The notes under the pieces were generated by a model. It worked only from the letters and a program-made list of their open reading frames with translations. It ran no database searches and had not been told where the DNA came from. A stretch of DNA of 64,000 bases. It comes from Neodothiora populina. Its lineage: Eukaryota. Shown here piece by piece: positions 1 through 12,970 of this stretch. How positions within the stretch are numbered: position 1 is the stretch's first letter; the number at the start of each line of letters is the position of its first letter. Position numbers and translations under genes: made by a program. The stretch is taken from NCBI RefSeq assembly GCF_041146345.1, contig NW_027191413.1:1364001-1428000 (forward strand). The letters run 5' to 3'.

Positions 1-68
1 AGCAGCAGCAGCAGCAGCAGCCTCCGAAACCACAGCCACCACAACACCCACAGACACAGCGTTCTTGA
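1..68 (+). CDS. Possible C-terminal end of an upstream gene (QQQQQQPPKPQPPQHPQTQRS*)
   Basis: (CAG)6 at 3-20 is followed by an open Q/P-rich frame to TGA at 66-68. The window edge truncates it, and it could be a non-coding microsatellite. Confidence 0.35.
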   Translation, partial: QQQQQQPPKPQPPQHPQTQRS

Positions 69-1586
69 CAAGTATTGCAGGACTAATTACCTTGGCGTAT
101 TTCTACGAATTCACGACGCTAATAGTTGGCATTGTTGAATATATGCCTCTTCCTGTAGCCTTCACCAATATCGAATGAGTGATTATTTCTTGAAGCAAAA
201 TGCGTATTGACCGATGATGACTTGGATAAATTGCTTTCCCGAAATCTTGCGGATCTTTGCTAAAAGGGGACTGATTGAAGAGAAAGCCGTGGCTGAAAGG
301 TCCAGGCGTCTTTATGGTACAATGTATGTGGAGGTGTCGGCTTCAGACACGGGGAAAACCCACTTCGTATTTGCAAGAGCAGCAGAAAGTCTTGTAGGGT
401 CGATGTGCTCTTAGGCCTGCTATGCCAGGCAGAGCGTGTGTGATCGTGCCAAGCGTGTCCGAGTTGTCCAGTGAATAGTTGAACGAACTAGCCTCCTTAT
501 ATCATGACTATCCTGACACACTAGACTGTCTGCTGAGTATCAGTTGTAAAGCAGAGTTACCTACCTTAGCCATCAATCTCGCGCAGCAGGAAGCACAGAC
601 GCACATGCGGCTGGGAAGCTGAGTTTAGCGTGCGTCGCTTCCGGAGCTTGACTGCATTGGTGAAACAAGCTGGTCTTGTCTGCATTTTTGTGTGTAAAGA
701 ATGCGCCGTGTTGGCTGGACTTTTGAATGCGGTCCGTACTAACTGTACTTGACACGCACCATCGCAAGTGCACGCTCAACCTGGTTTCTGGCAGAAGGGT
801 CGAATATCACCCCCGATTCTCCCGACCCGCGATAATTACAGTAGATACACTGCAGAGCAAACCTCCTAACACTAACCACCGACTACAGTCCCTGGCTGCA
901 CTACATTTGGACATGCTTCTATTCATCCTGGCGCAGATTACATCCTGCCTGTGAAAACCCCCTTGCAGATTGCAATCCCCGGTGATACCGAGCACGGACT
1001 CGAGACGTTGAAAGTACACACGCTTTACACCACTATCTTGCGCGCCAACAACCAACCAGATAGTCGGATTGTTGAAAACAGAAGAGGGCAAACACCCAGG
1101 AGCATCATCCAGACGTCGGCCGATGGACCTTGTTTAATCCACGCTTTTCCCTCTCATCAGTCCCAGGTCGCGTCAGATTAAGCGTCACAGCGGCCCTGTC
1201 CTTTGCCCTTTTCTTTTGCCATAGACTGTCTTGTCTGTCTATTCGTTAGATTACCTCATTGCGAAAGCATCGAGTGCCACGACCACCACCGCGAAGTCAG
1301 CTTAGCACCTTTTTACCCTCGCTGCACCTTTGACGATTATCTGTTCCGAAGGCGCTTTTTCTTGATTGTCTTACCTGCCTCCCAAGATTGTTATCGATTT
1401 CCTGATCCGGATGTCACGCGCCTGCCGTCTCTCTTGACTCGAATTTCTCGCCCGCTCGTTCAGTCAAACAATTGTTGTTTCATCGGGATTATTCCACCTT
1501 CCTTCGTGGATTAGGAAGACAGGAAGTCCCGGACGCACATATCATTCCGCTTTGAATTGCCTCGACCACAACACCAGAATCCAATC

Positions 1587-4500
1587 ATGACGCGACCAAT
1601 CGTGGTGAGAGCCGGTATGCATCCTTTGACAGGACCCTTGTTTCACCATGTCTGTGGCCTGTACGACTGACACAAAGTCCAGATACGCTCGATCTCCAAG
1701 GCCAGGACTCCCCCTCAGCCAAGGATCATAGTCAACACAACCTCCCTGCCGGCACCGGCAGCAATCAATTAGGTCCCCACCAAGCAGCAGAGATACGCCA
1801 TGTGCAACAAGAGCGACAATCGGAGGAATTGAACCTCCAAGACGCATGGAATCAAGCTGTCGACGACCAAAACCCACAGTCACCGTCGCAATATAGAGCG
1901 GGAGTAGAAGACTCGGCACACGACGATCGATTCCACTCACAGCATAATGGCACGCACAACCACCAAGACGGCGAACACACCGACGACGAAGACCCTGATC
2001 AAAGCGAAGAGGACGACGACGACATGATGGACAGGATGTCCTCGTCCCCGAGTATCGACGATGGTGCGTACCAAAAAACACTAGAAACACTCCCCTGGCC
2101 TCCGAGGTCCTCCTCTTTAACACCTTCTTGCGGAACATTCAACCGTTCGGCAACTTCCTCATTGGACTCATATCCTTTCGTGAATCAGCCAGAGCATCTG
2201 CCTCTGACCATGTCGGATTTCAACCACGACATTGGACCGCTCACTGCGGAATCGCCCATTTCAACCATGCGATTGCAGGATTCTTCCCCTTCTACCCATT
2301 TCCTCTCGCGCTCCCCTTTATCTTCAGACTACAATTTTCATCGTCATCATCTCTATGGTGAGTATGCTAGCCACGAGGACGACTTTGACGGACACGGCAA
2401 CGACGACGACTTCCGCGGCGATGTCAAAGAATTTGAGATCCATAACGACGAAGGTTATGTTGAGAATGACGAGGTCCAACCTGCCCCGAACTCCGGACAG
2501 AGCCCCGAGACAACAACACTTGCCAAGCCCACAGAGCACCTCACTGCTGCCTCTATTCACTATCTGACAACACTTCGTCCGGGCTATCTACCAGGTCCGA
2601 ACCTCATATGCGAACATGTCCTTTCCGACAGACATGCCATGGCCGAGGACGACAGCGATCTCGATTCCGCATCTAATGGCTCAGCCGAGTCCTCATCCTC
2701 GTGGGCAACTGTCAGCGATGATAATAGCACTGGCGAGCTGGACAGCTCAAGAGATGATGACTTCGATGACCTTTCTTTCTACACAGACGAGCGATTTGTC
2801 GATTCTGGATGGGGTGGCGAATGCTTACGAGAAACAGAAGACATAGATTTCGACTTTGTGTATGCGCTACACACATTTGTGGCTACCGTTGAGGGCCAGG
2901 CCAATGCCACCAAGGGTGACACCATGGTTTTACTTGACGACAGCAACTCATACTGGTGGCTCGTCCGCATCGTCAAAGATAGCAGCATTGGTATGTCTTG
3001 TGCCCCAGGAAGCTACCGTCCCTCCGCATTTCATCTGACCCAGACCCGCACTAGGCTATCTACCTGCAGAACACATCGAGACACCCACCGAACGTTTGGC
3101 ACGGTTGAACAAACATCGAAATGTCGATCTTTCCCAGGCGATGCTTGGCGACAACATGGAAAAGTCGAAGAATCCGCTCAAGAAAGCCATGCGACGGCGG
3201 AATGCAAAGACGGTCCAGTTCGCGGCTCCCACCTATGTCGAAGCTTCCGACTATGAATATGATACCGAAGATGAGGAGAGTGCTCTGCTGGCAGATGCAT
3301 ATAACAACGCCTCAGCACAGGGAGAGGAAGGCCCCGATACTAACCATGCAGAACATAGAGAGCTCGGCGACGGCAGTGACGAGACCAGATCCAGAATGTC
3401 AGATTCAAGTGGCAGTGACGACGCGAAAGACGTCAAGCCGCCAATCGAAGAGCCTCTTGGTAGCCCGACTCTTGTGGACTCTACTGGTATCATGGCGGAT
3501 CTCGCTTACGACTCGGATCCATCCACTAACACTGATATAGAAGCTGCACCACTCAAGTCTCGCAAGGGCACTCCTCGAAATGCGGATTCATTCCTCAAGG
3601 ATGACAGCGCAGAGCCTCGCAGGATCACTCTGACACCAAATATTCTTCGTGATGACGGAAGCAGCATGTCTTCTCTGGAAAAGACACGGTCTACCAGTTT
3701 TGAATCAGTAGAGAAAGTGGCGGCTCCACCAGAGAAGGTCAAGGATGAGAAAAAGAAAAAGGAGAAGAAGCAGGGTATGCTCAGCGGCTTGTTTCGATCT
3801 AAGAAGAAGGACAAGAAGGGCAAGTCAGATGAAGATGGCGCAGGCGAGACGGAGAAGGTTTCCGGCGAGCATTCGCGTCAAAACTCGGGCCAAACTTCAC
3901 CTGTCCTCGACAAGAGCATGTCCAACCCAGACAAGCGAGGCAAACTTCAGAAAACTCAGCCCGCGCCCAGCAATGGAAACATGATGGCAGCAGCACCGGC
4001 AGCAGTAGCAGTAGCACCAGTATCATTCGAGCCTGCTACGCAACAGACACAGCAGCACACTCAATCATCACAAGCACGGGCAGAAGAGCCCCCAACGCAA
4101 TTCTTTGCAGAGCTCGAAGGCTCACAGGTCGCTTATGAGGCACCTACTGGCCAAGAGGAACAGATCAGAGATATCCAAAGCAGACAAAGCACGCGAAGCC
4201 CGGAAGCGCAACCGCAATTGCAACAGTCCAGCTCCATGGCTGCTTTGACCGCCATCACCAACAGGATGAGGCCCAACTCGGATGAGCCTCAAATGAAGAA
4301 GCAGAAAGTCAAGAAAGCAAAGCAAAGAGTCGAGCTCGACGATTTCGACGCGCTGTCAGAGGAAGACGAAGACGAAGAGGAACCGGAACGCCTCTCGGAA
4401 AGTCCGGTGGACATCAACCACAACACGTATATGCACGGGACTGAGGCGGTTCACATCCCCATGAACATTGAAGACCGTGACAATTCCACGCCGGGCCAAC

Positions 4501-5297
4501 AAACACCGGATGAGCGAGCGTCAGAAGATGATGAGAGGACTTCTAGTCCGAGCATGATCGATGTGCCGACAGAAGGCAACCATCTGGACGAGGAAGCCAA
4601 GCAACGCTCTACTACAAACCTTTCCGAAGGCACCGAGACGACAGACGACGATCCAACCCCTGTTCCATCAGGTCCTCAGTCTCCAGCAGGAGCGATGTTT
4701 CAGCCTTGGCAGTCGGGTCTACCTCACCTGAAGCACGCTCCTACGCCGCCTCCAGCAAGATCTGCGCCTTTCCCGCCAGCAACAAAGGCTCCACAGCAAG
4801 GCGAGGAAAGTATGCAGCGATCCGTCGTCACACCGTCACAAGCATATCCCCGCAGGGCACCCTCATTGTCCTCGACAGCATCGACGCGGCCGTCTCCTTC
4901 GCCTTCGCCTGTATCAGCGACGGACAGTGCTGCATCCAAGGGTTCCTGGTCTGACGCGTCTCTGCGAGCTTGGCTCGACGGTGGCGAAGGCAACGACATC
5001 AAGGACATGCTGGTCGTGATCCATGATAAAAGCAACGTTCAGCCCGTTAGCAGAGACCATCCACTGATGCAGGGCCTGTGGACGCAGGAACGTTCAACCT
5101 GTTCGCGCATGATGGGCGAATTAGATGGCCTGCTCAGTGGCTTTCTGGGAAAGAAGCAGTACCGTTCGAAAGGTGGACTGTTTTCCTCGGCGTCTAAAGG
5201 AGTTACGACGACAGCAGCAGCAAGTGGTGGTGATGCGAACAAGCCGATTTCATCCATTGGCAGTACCACAACCACTCCACCTGTCGTCGGTGCTTGA
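1587..5297 (+). CDS. teaC: SH3-domain cell-end marker / polarity protein, Tea4/Bud14/TeaC family
   Basis: The spliced model starts MTRPIVVRA|DTLDLQ (intron 1615-1682). The SH3 domain reads DIDFDFVYALHTFVATVEGQANATKGDTMVLLDDSNSYWWLVRIVKDSSIG|YLPAEHIETPTERLARLNKHRN (intron 2991-3054). There is a KTVQF PP1-binding-like motif, an in-frame intron at 3487-3540 and an optional 774-nt intron at 2064-2837. Confidence 0.88.
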
Positions 5298-5773
5298 ATC
5301 GAGGAGACCTGAAGGTTTTCTAGAAAGTATGAATTCATACGCGAAGCACACGAAAGCTTGATATTATTAGTTGTGTTCTTGCTTTTCTGTTTTTTTTGAT
5401 ATCCCCCACTGATCATTCAGTTTTTCATGGTTCCTATGACAAGGGACTGTTCATGTACTCTACATATACCTTTTGCCTCCGCTATCGTTCGGGATCCAGC
5501 GGCATAAACATGATGAGGTATCACCAATATTATATGAGTTTGGGAGGCTTTTCTTCTCCCTGAAGAACATCTACATAATGAGAGAGAGAGATAATTGTTC
5601 TTCGCTTTCCGGTCAATGTCATCGTTGACATCATAATCAACACCGCTCAGACCTCTTATTCCTCTTATTTTCTTCATTCCACTCCCGGCGGAGCAATGCC
5701 AGATAAGCAAAAGCGAAATGAAAAAGAACATAGAAATGGTGATAGGCATCGCCAAGGAAGAAACAACGACATC

Positions 5774-5933
5774 TGCACGAACGCTCAACGAACGACTAAT
5801 CAAAGGTCAATTAGGTCCTCGTTCAATTCCTCAATCGACAGTCGATGGCTCCATGACGTCTAGTCAATGACTTGCTAGTATAGGACTGATGCATCCTTAT
5901 TGATGTGTTGATAACGACGAGCTTCTTCGTGCA
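5774..5933 (+). mobile_element. Degenerate copy of the TIR + 22-bp-array element (copy 1)
   Basis: Left end TGCACGAACGCTC and right end GAGCTTCTTCGTGCA are imperfect inverted repeats. Internal GTCAATGAC/GTCGATGGC units are present. Confidence 0.5.
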
Positions 5934-6272
5934 TGTAATACACTGCTACCAACTCCTATTCCTATCTGTCCGGAACACGTAAGACCATCTATGTATGCGG
6001 TAGCTCGTACAGACATGTATCGCTCCTTTTGTCCCTGTTCATCTGAGTGGGTCACAAACACCAGAATGGTGTAAAAGTAATCGTCTGGGGTGGGTTTTAT
6101 GCGATCCTCGGTAGAAAAAAGCGAGGATGAAATAGAATAGGCTCGGCCCGCGTTTGTTTATTTTTTCTGTTCTTACGTACAGTACACAGCCATCCATGCT
6201 AGTTGATATGAAGAAGAAGCAAGACATGAAGGAAAAAAGAGACGCCTTTCCCCCCATCCAAGTAGTCTCATC

Positions 6273-7915
6273 TCATAACGCGCGCGAAACAGCCTGTCCG
6301 AAGACTTCATGAGTGGCGGTCAACAGATCGCGTTTATTCGACGAGGATCCACTCGTGCTCGTGAACTGCAGATTGCCTGTACTGCACCAGTTGTTGACGG
6401 GCAGACAAGACAGGTACTTGCACCACGAGCAAGTCGTGTTCCACACGTAAAAGTTCTTGAGCAGCAGGATGAAGCCGACGAGGGCGCCTAGCAGAGCGAG
6501 TGCGCGCACGATCCACCATACCCACCACATGCCTCGTCTGCCCTTGAAGAAGCCAATGGGCTGGCGGATGAAGTTCTGAATGCCTTGATTGGCTGCGTCG
6601 GGAGTCCCGCCCGTGACGCCGGCGACTGACGAGTAGGGCGGCTCGTCCTCGCCGGTGCGTCTACGAAGGGCGTTTGGAGAACGTAGAACACAGACGCCCA
6701 GAACGAGGCCCATGGCGAAGCCGCCGATGTGAGAGAAGTTGTCGAGTCCCGGAAGCAGACCGAGGACAAAAGAGATGATGACATCGACCAGGATGAAGAG
6801 CAGATCTTTGACCGGCGAAGGTCGCTCGCGCCATGTGTAGAGCAGCTCGAGCAGGGTCAATGCCAGGATGCCGAACAGAGATCCCGAGCAACCCGTCGAG
6901 GCTATACCCGTCGCTGCGAAGTTGCCGCCAAGGACAAAGCCGAATATCCCAGAGGCGAAATAGACAAAGAAGAAACGGACTGCACCGATGCTGAGTTCCA
7001 TGTCGCGACCCAAGGTGAGCTGGAGCAGCAAGTTGAATCCTATGTGTACAATGCCTGCATGAAGGAAAATGGGCACGATGAAGCGGAACCACTGATCTGG
7101 CGCGGGCGAGTCGTTGATGCTGCCACCAGGATGCGGGTTGGGGACGCCGGAGAAGCCACAGAGATCACTCAGGGTACAAGAAACACTGTCTCCGGTGGTC
7201 GAGGTGGCATTGGGGCAGGGCCAGCTGATGGTCGTTGTGCGGTTCTGAATGTTTGCCATGTTGTGCATGCAGGGGACGTAACGCGCGCCCATGTTGATCA
7301 AGACGTACGGCGAGGGCCCGATCATGGGATTGAATTGAGGATGGATCTCGATGGGAGATTTGGTGAGAATAGCTGATTGTCAGGTGTCAGTATGTGGCCG
7401 AAGGATTGCTTCCCTGGTTCGAAACTCTCACCATTCTTCACCATCTCGGCGATAAAGACGCATAGTTGAATCAGCGACAGTGTGTAGCAGACCCAAGTGA
7501 TTCGACCACTGAACCATCCCTTCTTCTTTCCACCCGTTGCGGAACCACGATCCCGGCCCCATTTCCGTCGCTGCCTCGGATCTGCGTCTCTCACAAAAGG
7601 ATCGTCGTAGACCGGGGTTATGACAGGGGCGGTACTGGATTGTGAGGAGTGTTTGTAGTTGTAGGGTCGCATGGGCACGTCGTCTGTCTCGTCAAGGGGC
7701 CTTCTCCCGTCCAGCGGCGAAGGCGAGTCTCGGTGATATTCGGTATCCGGGTATTTCTGCTGTTCATAATATGCGGGATACTCGAATCCAGACTCGGAGG
7801 GTTGATGCTGTGGTAGTGCAGGCAGCGGCGCATCTTCTCTGCGGTCGTAGCCATAATTGTTGTTATCGTTGTTGTAGTATGCGTTGTTGCTGCCATGGTA
7901 GTTGAACGACGCCAT
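6273..7915 (-). CDS. Rhomboid-family intramembrane serine protease
   Basis: Motifs seen: QWFRFIVPIFLHAGIVHIGFN, catalytic STGCSG, and LDNFSHIGG. Multiple transmembrane helices. The intron at 7373-7431 joins MVKN|AILTKSPIEIHPQFNPMIGPS. Confidence 0.92.
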
Positions 7916-8751
7916 GTTTGGCAGGCGCTGTTGCGTTGTCACGAGCTTTGGAGTATTACTGTATTACTCTACGGCGGATTGTTTCCTGCTGTCTTGCTCG
8001 GGAATGGATAAATAAATGAATGGAAGAGAAACAGCGAGCGTGATGGTGTTGATGCTGGCGCGTTTGTGGGGGTGGCGGAGGTAAATGGTGGGTTAATGTA
8101 ATGGGGCTCAGCAACAAATACGGTATTGCACCAAGCAATCGTTGTCGTTATGAGAAAGTCAGTGTTTGACGGGCGTGCAAGAAAAAAGCGAATGTGGACC
8201 AGCCACACACGCCTTGACTGTTTGTGTCTTTGGTTGAAGCGGTCAAGTAGGAGAAAGAATGAACGACCGGCAAGATCAACAATGCACGATGGATGGATGG
8301 AAAGACGCCGCGTCAGTCGTGGCTGGGCGTGTGACGACAATAAAGAAAGAAAGATGTGGTGGAGGTAATAGTAGTAGTGACGATGATGAATGAGTGATGG
8401 GTCTGTGGGTAGATACGAGACCAACTAAAGCTGAGCTGCCGATGATGACGGATTGGTATTCGTCGGAGTCTTGTCTCTCTGCCTTATTGTTGTAGTGTAC
8501 AGTAGTGTAGAGAACGGTACCTGTACCTTACCAGGTGTACAATTCTATAAAAGTGTCAAACCACCGCCCAAATTTGCTGCTAGCGACGATCTTAGTCTGC
8601 ACCAAGTAAAGCGTCAAGCGCCGGCCCGAACCAAGCCTCCCATTCCTACAGCTTTTTTGATCCCTTTCCGTGTTCTTTCTTCTACCACTGCTGTGCTGTA
8701 CACTACTTCCCTGCCACTCCGCGTTTCAGCCTGCCGCTGTGCGATTCAGCG

Positions 8752-8968
8752 ACATAGAAGCTCGTTTTTAGGTAGTGACCACCTAATGAATAGTCAATGA
8801 CTGTCTAAGGTACTGAAGAGTCGATGACCCTTTCATGAACGGTTGATAAGTCTTTAATCAAGGGTCAATGATTTCTCAATGACTAGCTGATGACTACTCG
8901 ATGAATTGTCAATAACCCCTTAATGACTACTCCGTAAATGGTCAATGACTCAAACGAACTCCTTTGTA
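8752..8968 (+). mobile_element. TIR + 22-bp-array element (copy 2)
   Basis: Left end ACATAGAAGCTCGTTTTTAGG, right end TGACTCAAACGAACTCCTTTGTA, with an internal RGTCAATGAC array. Confidence 0.65.
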
Positions 8969-9102
8969 CTATACTGTACCTTATCCATTTGTTATCTCGC
9001 ATCCACAGAACGGACTGGATGAACGCACTGATATAGAACACCTTCGGCTTCTCGACTCGATCTAGAACAGAGAACACTGCAGTCGAATGACACGCGTGCT
9101 AT

Positions 9103-9350
9103 TGTACCGAGGAACTCGTTATGAATCATTGACCACCTAGTTACCGGATAGTGATTGTAAACCCATTGACTAGTTATGCATTGGGATTTCATTGCCTCTT
9201 TACTAGAAGTTCGTTGCCTTTTCACTAGAAAGTCGTTGCCTCTTCACTCGAAAGTCATTGCCTCTTCACTCGGGACTCGTCACCTGTTCAAGGGAAACTC
9301 ATCGACCATTTATCGAGAAGTCATTAACTAAAATCGAGTTCCCATGTACA
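9103..9350 (-). mobile_element. TIR + 22-bp-array element (copy 3, opposite orientation to copy 2)
   Basis: Left end TGTACCGAGGAACTCGTTATGAATCA, right end TAACTAAAATCGAGTTCCCATGTACA. Four near-identical 22-bp units (AAGTCRTTGCCTCTTCACTMGA) lie at about 9190-9272. Confidence 0.65.
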
Positions 9351-10220
9351 TTGTCATCGCGTTTGCGATACGACCAGGATCACATTTCTTTGACAACAGC
9401 TATTGCCGTCTTATCGTCGTATTCGTACTATATCTATATTGGCCCCCGAATCACCTTATACCCACTAAAACTGGGGAACCACGTGTGCGACGGACACCAA
9501 CATCTCATCTCCATGTTTCATGCGTCTGATCTATCATGATATCCGTATATTATATAAGGTAGGCAGCCATGTGGTTTATTGACGTACCTGCCCCCTTGGC
9601 GCTGGTCATTGCACAAGTCGTCTTTGTGAAGGTGATCACTGCAACTCCAAGTGAAATTGAAGACCTGAGACAGGTGTCAAACGCCGTTGCCTGCAAACAC
9701 TGAACAGATCTCTTCGCTCGCCTATCTAGACGCTTACAGCCTATTTTTGGCACACGAGAGCTCATTGCCGCTTCGCCTTTCTCCCGATCACCTTACCTTG
9801 CTGTACCGAATCCAAGGTATGCATATAAGAATATGCTCCTCTGCCTAGGTACCTTACCTCTGATGCTGCAATCCTGCACAAACACCGCTGAGCATCACCA
9901 TCGGCTACACTAGTCTACCCTTGTCGTCTATCTTGTCCCCGTGCAAAGTGCCGCTCACACATCATCACTACACACTGCCTCCTGCAATCCTTCTGCTGCC
10001 ACAGGATGAACTGTGCCGACCATCCACGCTTCCTTGGCAGAGACGATCTAACAAAGGCTTAATTAGTCGTGTATTTGTACGAGTACATGACTCTACCGTG
10101 GTGCTTCTCGACCTACTGTACTCTGATTCTACCCTTGTGCCTACAGTGCGAGACATGACCCTCGTCGTCTTGTTACACTTTGCCACTAGTAACGCTTGAC
10201 TTTGTCTTTACCACTGTGCC

Positions 10221-11960
10221 ATGTCGCAAATTAGATCTACAAGTGACACTCCATCATCCGCTGCCAATCCTGCCGCAGAATCTACACAGCACACTCAATC
10301 CCCGCCTGCGACTACTATTACTCACCATACAATCCTCGATCACGCAGCTTCCGCCTCGTCGTCGAGTGATGCACAATCGCGAGGCATGCTGCAGCCAGTC
10401 GTAGAAGACGCCCACCATGGCAGCCCTGTCGACGTTGTAATGTCTTCTCACACTGAATCAACCAAACCCGCTGCGACCGCCGATCCGTCGTCTGAAAATG
10501 ACCAACAACATCTTTCTGCCTCCTCTGTACCTGATCACGGACCTGGATCCGCGCCCGTGTCTGCACCTTCCTCCCCACACGCAAGACCCCCACCCTTGCC
10601 TGTTCAATCGCCTTCGTCTGCGGCACACACGGTCGCCAGTCCACATCACACTGCCAACTCGTCTCCGCGGTCGCCCACTCTCACCCATTTGACCCCCTCT
10701 CCATCAGCAATGTCCAACGAGGAGCCTTTGTCGACGGACACCCTACCCATCCCGCCCGCTCCAGACACCACCGAAGCCGAACAGGCCTTTCACCAGGTTT
10801 TCAACAATCCAAACGCCATCGAGGCTGCTCAGCGCGACGATTTCTCTGATTCAGGTTACTCCGAGAGTGTAGTCCAATCAACTAGCACATCTTTGTCTTC
10901 GAGTGTGAGAGATTTCGAATTCGAGAATGGTATCTACATACTGCGACGCTGCCGTGCTGACTCGCATGCTAACTCACTATCCAGGACGGAGATATCATTC
11001 CTACAAAAGTGGTGTACGTAGAACTGCCTTCTCCTTGTAGGTGACCCAGGACGACACGCTTGCTGACGCTAGATACTACCAGACCTACCTTTTGCCGAAT
11101 GACGACGCGGAGAACGAGCGGGAAGACATGAAGCATGCGACAGTACTTACCGCCTGTGGTCAGCAATTGCATTTCGCCCCGTTGGACGTAAATCAACCAC
11201 AGCAGACTCGTGTCCTGGACATGGGCACAGGAACAGGCATATGGTGTGTGGAGATGGCGGACAAATATCCTTCAGCCGACGTCATTGGCGTGGACCTCAG
11301 TCCTCATCAACCTGACTGGGTACCGCCGAACTGTCGCTTCGTCGTAGACGACATCGAGGTAGAGTGGTTGCATCCAGAGAACCACTTCGACCTCATACAT
11401 GCTCGACACATGGCTATCGCAATCAAGGACTGGGACCACGTCCTCTCGTCTGCCATGGCTGCATTGAAACCCGGAGGGTTCATCGAATTCTGCGAGTTCA
11501 GCTATATGCCTGCCTCCGACGATGGGACTATGACTCCCGACAACCAGCATCTACACTGGACTACTCTAGTGCGCGAAGGCCTGAGAAATGTCAACGTCGA
11601 TCTGCACTCTGCCCTCACGCTCAGAGCAAAAGTTGAGCGGGCCGGATTCCAGAACGTCGTGGAGCATATTGTCAAAGTCCCCATTGGCAGCTGGCCTGCG
11701 AATCAATTGTTGAGGAAAGTTGGTATTTATATGCATGCAGTCCTCTACGACGGGCTTCAAGGTTTGTTCTTGTCATCTCCTCGCTGCCAATGACAGTCAC
11801 TAATTGCGTCCAAGGTATCGCCATGGGTCCGCTCACCAGAGGCCTCGGCTGGCGACCGGAGGAAGTGGAGCTTCTTCTTCCCGGCGTCCGCAAGGACATA
11901 TCAGATCCATCGATACATACTTACTATTCCCTGCATATCATTTACGGACAAAAGTCATGA
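10221..11960 (+). CDS. LaeA-like / TAM-domain SAM-dependent methyltransferase with a long Pro/Ser-rich N-terminus
   Basis: Motifs seen: SLSSSVRDFEFENG|RRYHSYKSG|TYLLPNDDAENERED, VLDMGTGTGIW, GVDLSP, VPPNCRFVVDD and LKPGGFIE. Introns at 10930-10984, 11014-11082 and 11762-11814. It ends YGQKS*. The true start could be ATG 10710. Confidence 0.9.
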
Positions 11961-12970
11961 ACAGATTGGATTGTCACGCTAAACGCTCCGCTCCTTGGCC
12001 AGCCTTGTCGCGGCCGTACGCAAATTTGCCATTCCGTCAAAGGATCCGGAGCAGCTTCCTATCACACTAGGGACTATACCGACGGAGTTCGCCAGTGATG
12101 GCGCAAGATCTTGCATTGCCTGTATTGGACCGAATTGCCAAGGACCTCATGCGCGGATGTCATCTCACGACAACGCTCTGGTGTAATTACGCCACCCATC
12201 GGACGGCGCAGCCAGAACGAGGGCTCATAATCCTGAACAAGATCATGTCTGCGTCGCTTAGGCGATGATAGCACACACAACCTCGGTCCGAAGCAGTGCT
12301 GCAGCACTTCCATATTGAGTTTATGTAGCGACCGAGCGCTACAGGGCTTTACAGGGTAACTCGCGGCCGGGGCCGGGGTGAGCCTGTGCGTATCTCGGAT
12401 TTCTCACCTGTTTTGCGCATGGACCACTATGTAAATTGCGGGGCCAGCAGCAGACAGGACAAGCGCCAACCCAAAGCGAGGAACAAGTCCTCCTTATCGC
12501 GTGCGAATCACACTATCGAAACCACCGTGTCGGGTCCCTCATGAGCACATGTCGCTATGTTCTATGCCGCGCTATGTGAAAGTACACTCACACACTATAT
12601 TGACATGCGGGCCTAGAGCGCGGGCTGCGTGCTGCTCAGTGCCTCCCACGCGAGTGCAGCTTATGGTACCTTGGCCCCGTACTTTATGCTCTTGGCCATC
12701 GATTGTCAATCCCAATCGTATCACGTACATACGTGGGATGCGCATCCTACTTACTCTCTGGCAAGCTCTAACATTCGTGCATTGTCCTGGAGGATCTGTT
12801 TCTGCGTTTTATGCAATGTTTGTAGGACGATCGCAAACAATTTCCAATATACATTGATTGACAATCCTTGTTCGATCAGTACCATTGGGACGGGTCCTCT
12901 ATCCTCAACCTCTCACAAACGCGACAGGCATCACGACTGGGTCAGAACGTGATCTCGGACCCCACGTGGT

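Noticed and set aside
455..565. Possible very degenerate extra copy of the TIR/array element
   Set aside because: Only scattered GTGAATAGT/ATGACTA words, with no recognisable TIR pair.
7414..7433. GGTTCGAAAC...CCA resembling a tRNA T-loop and 3' end
   Set aside because: No cloverleaf or A box. It is the antisense of the rhomboid intron donor region.
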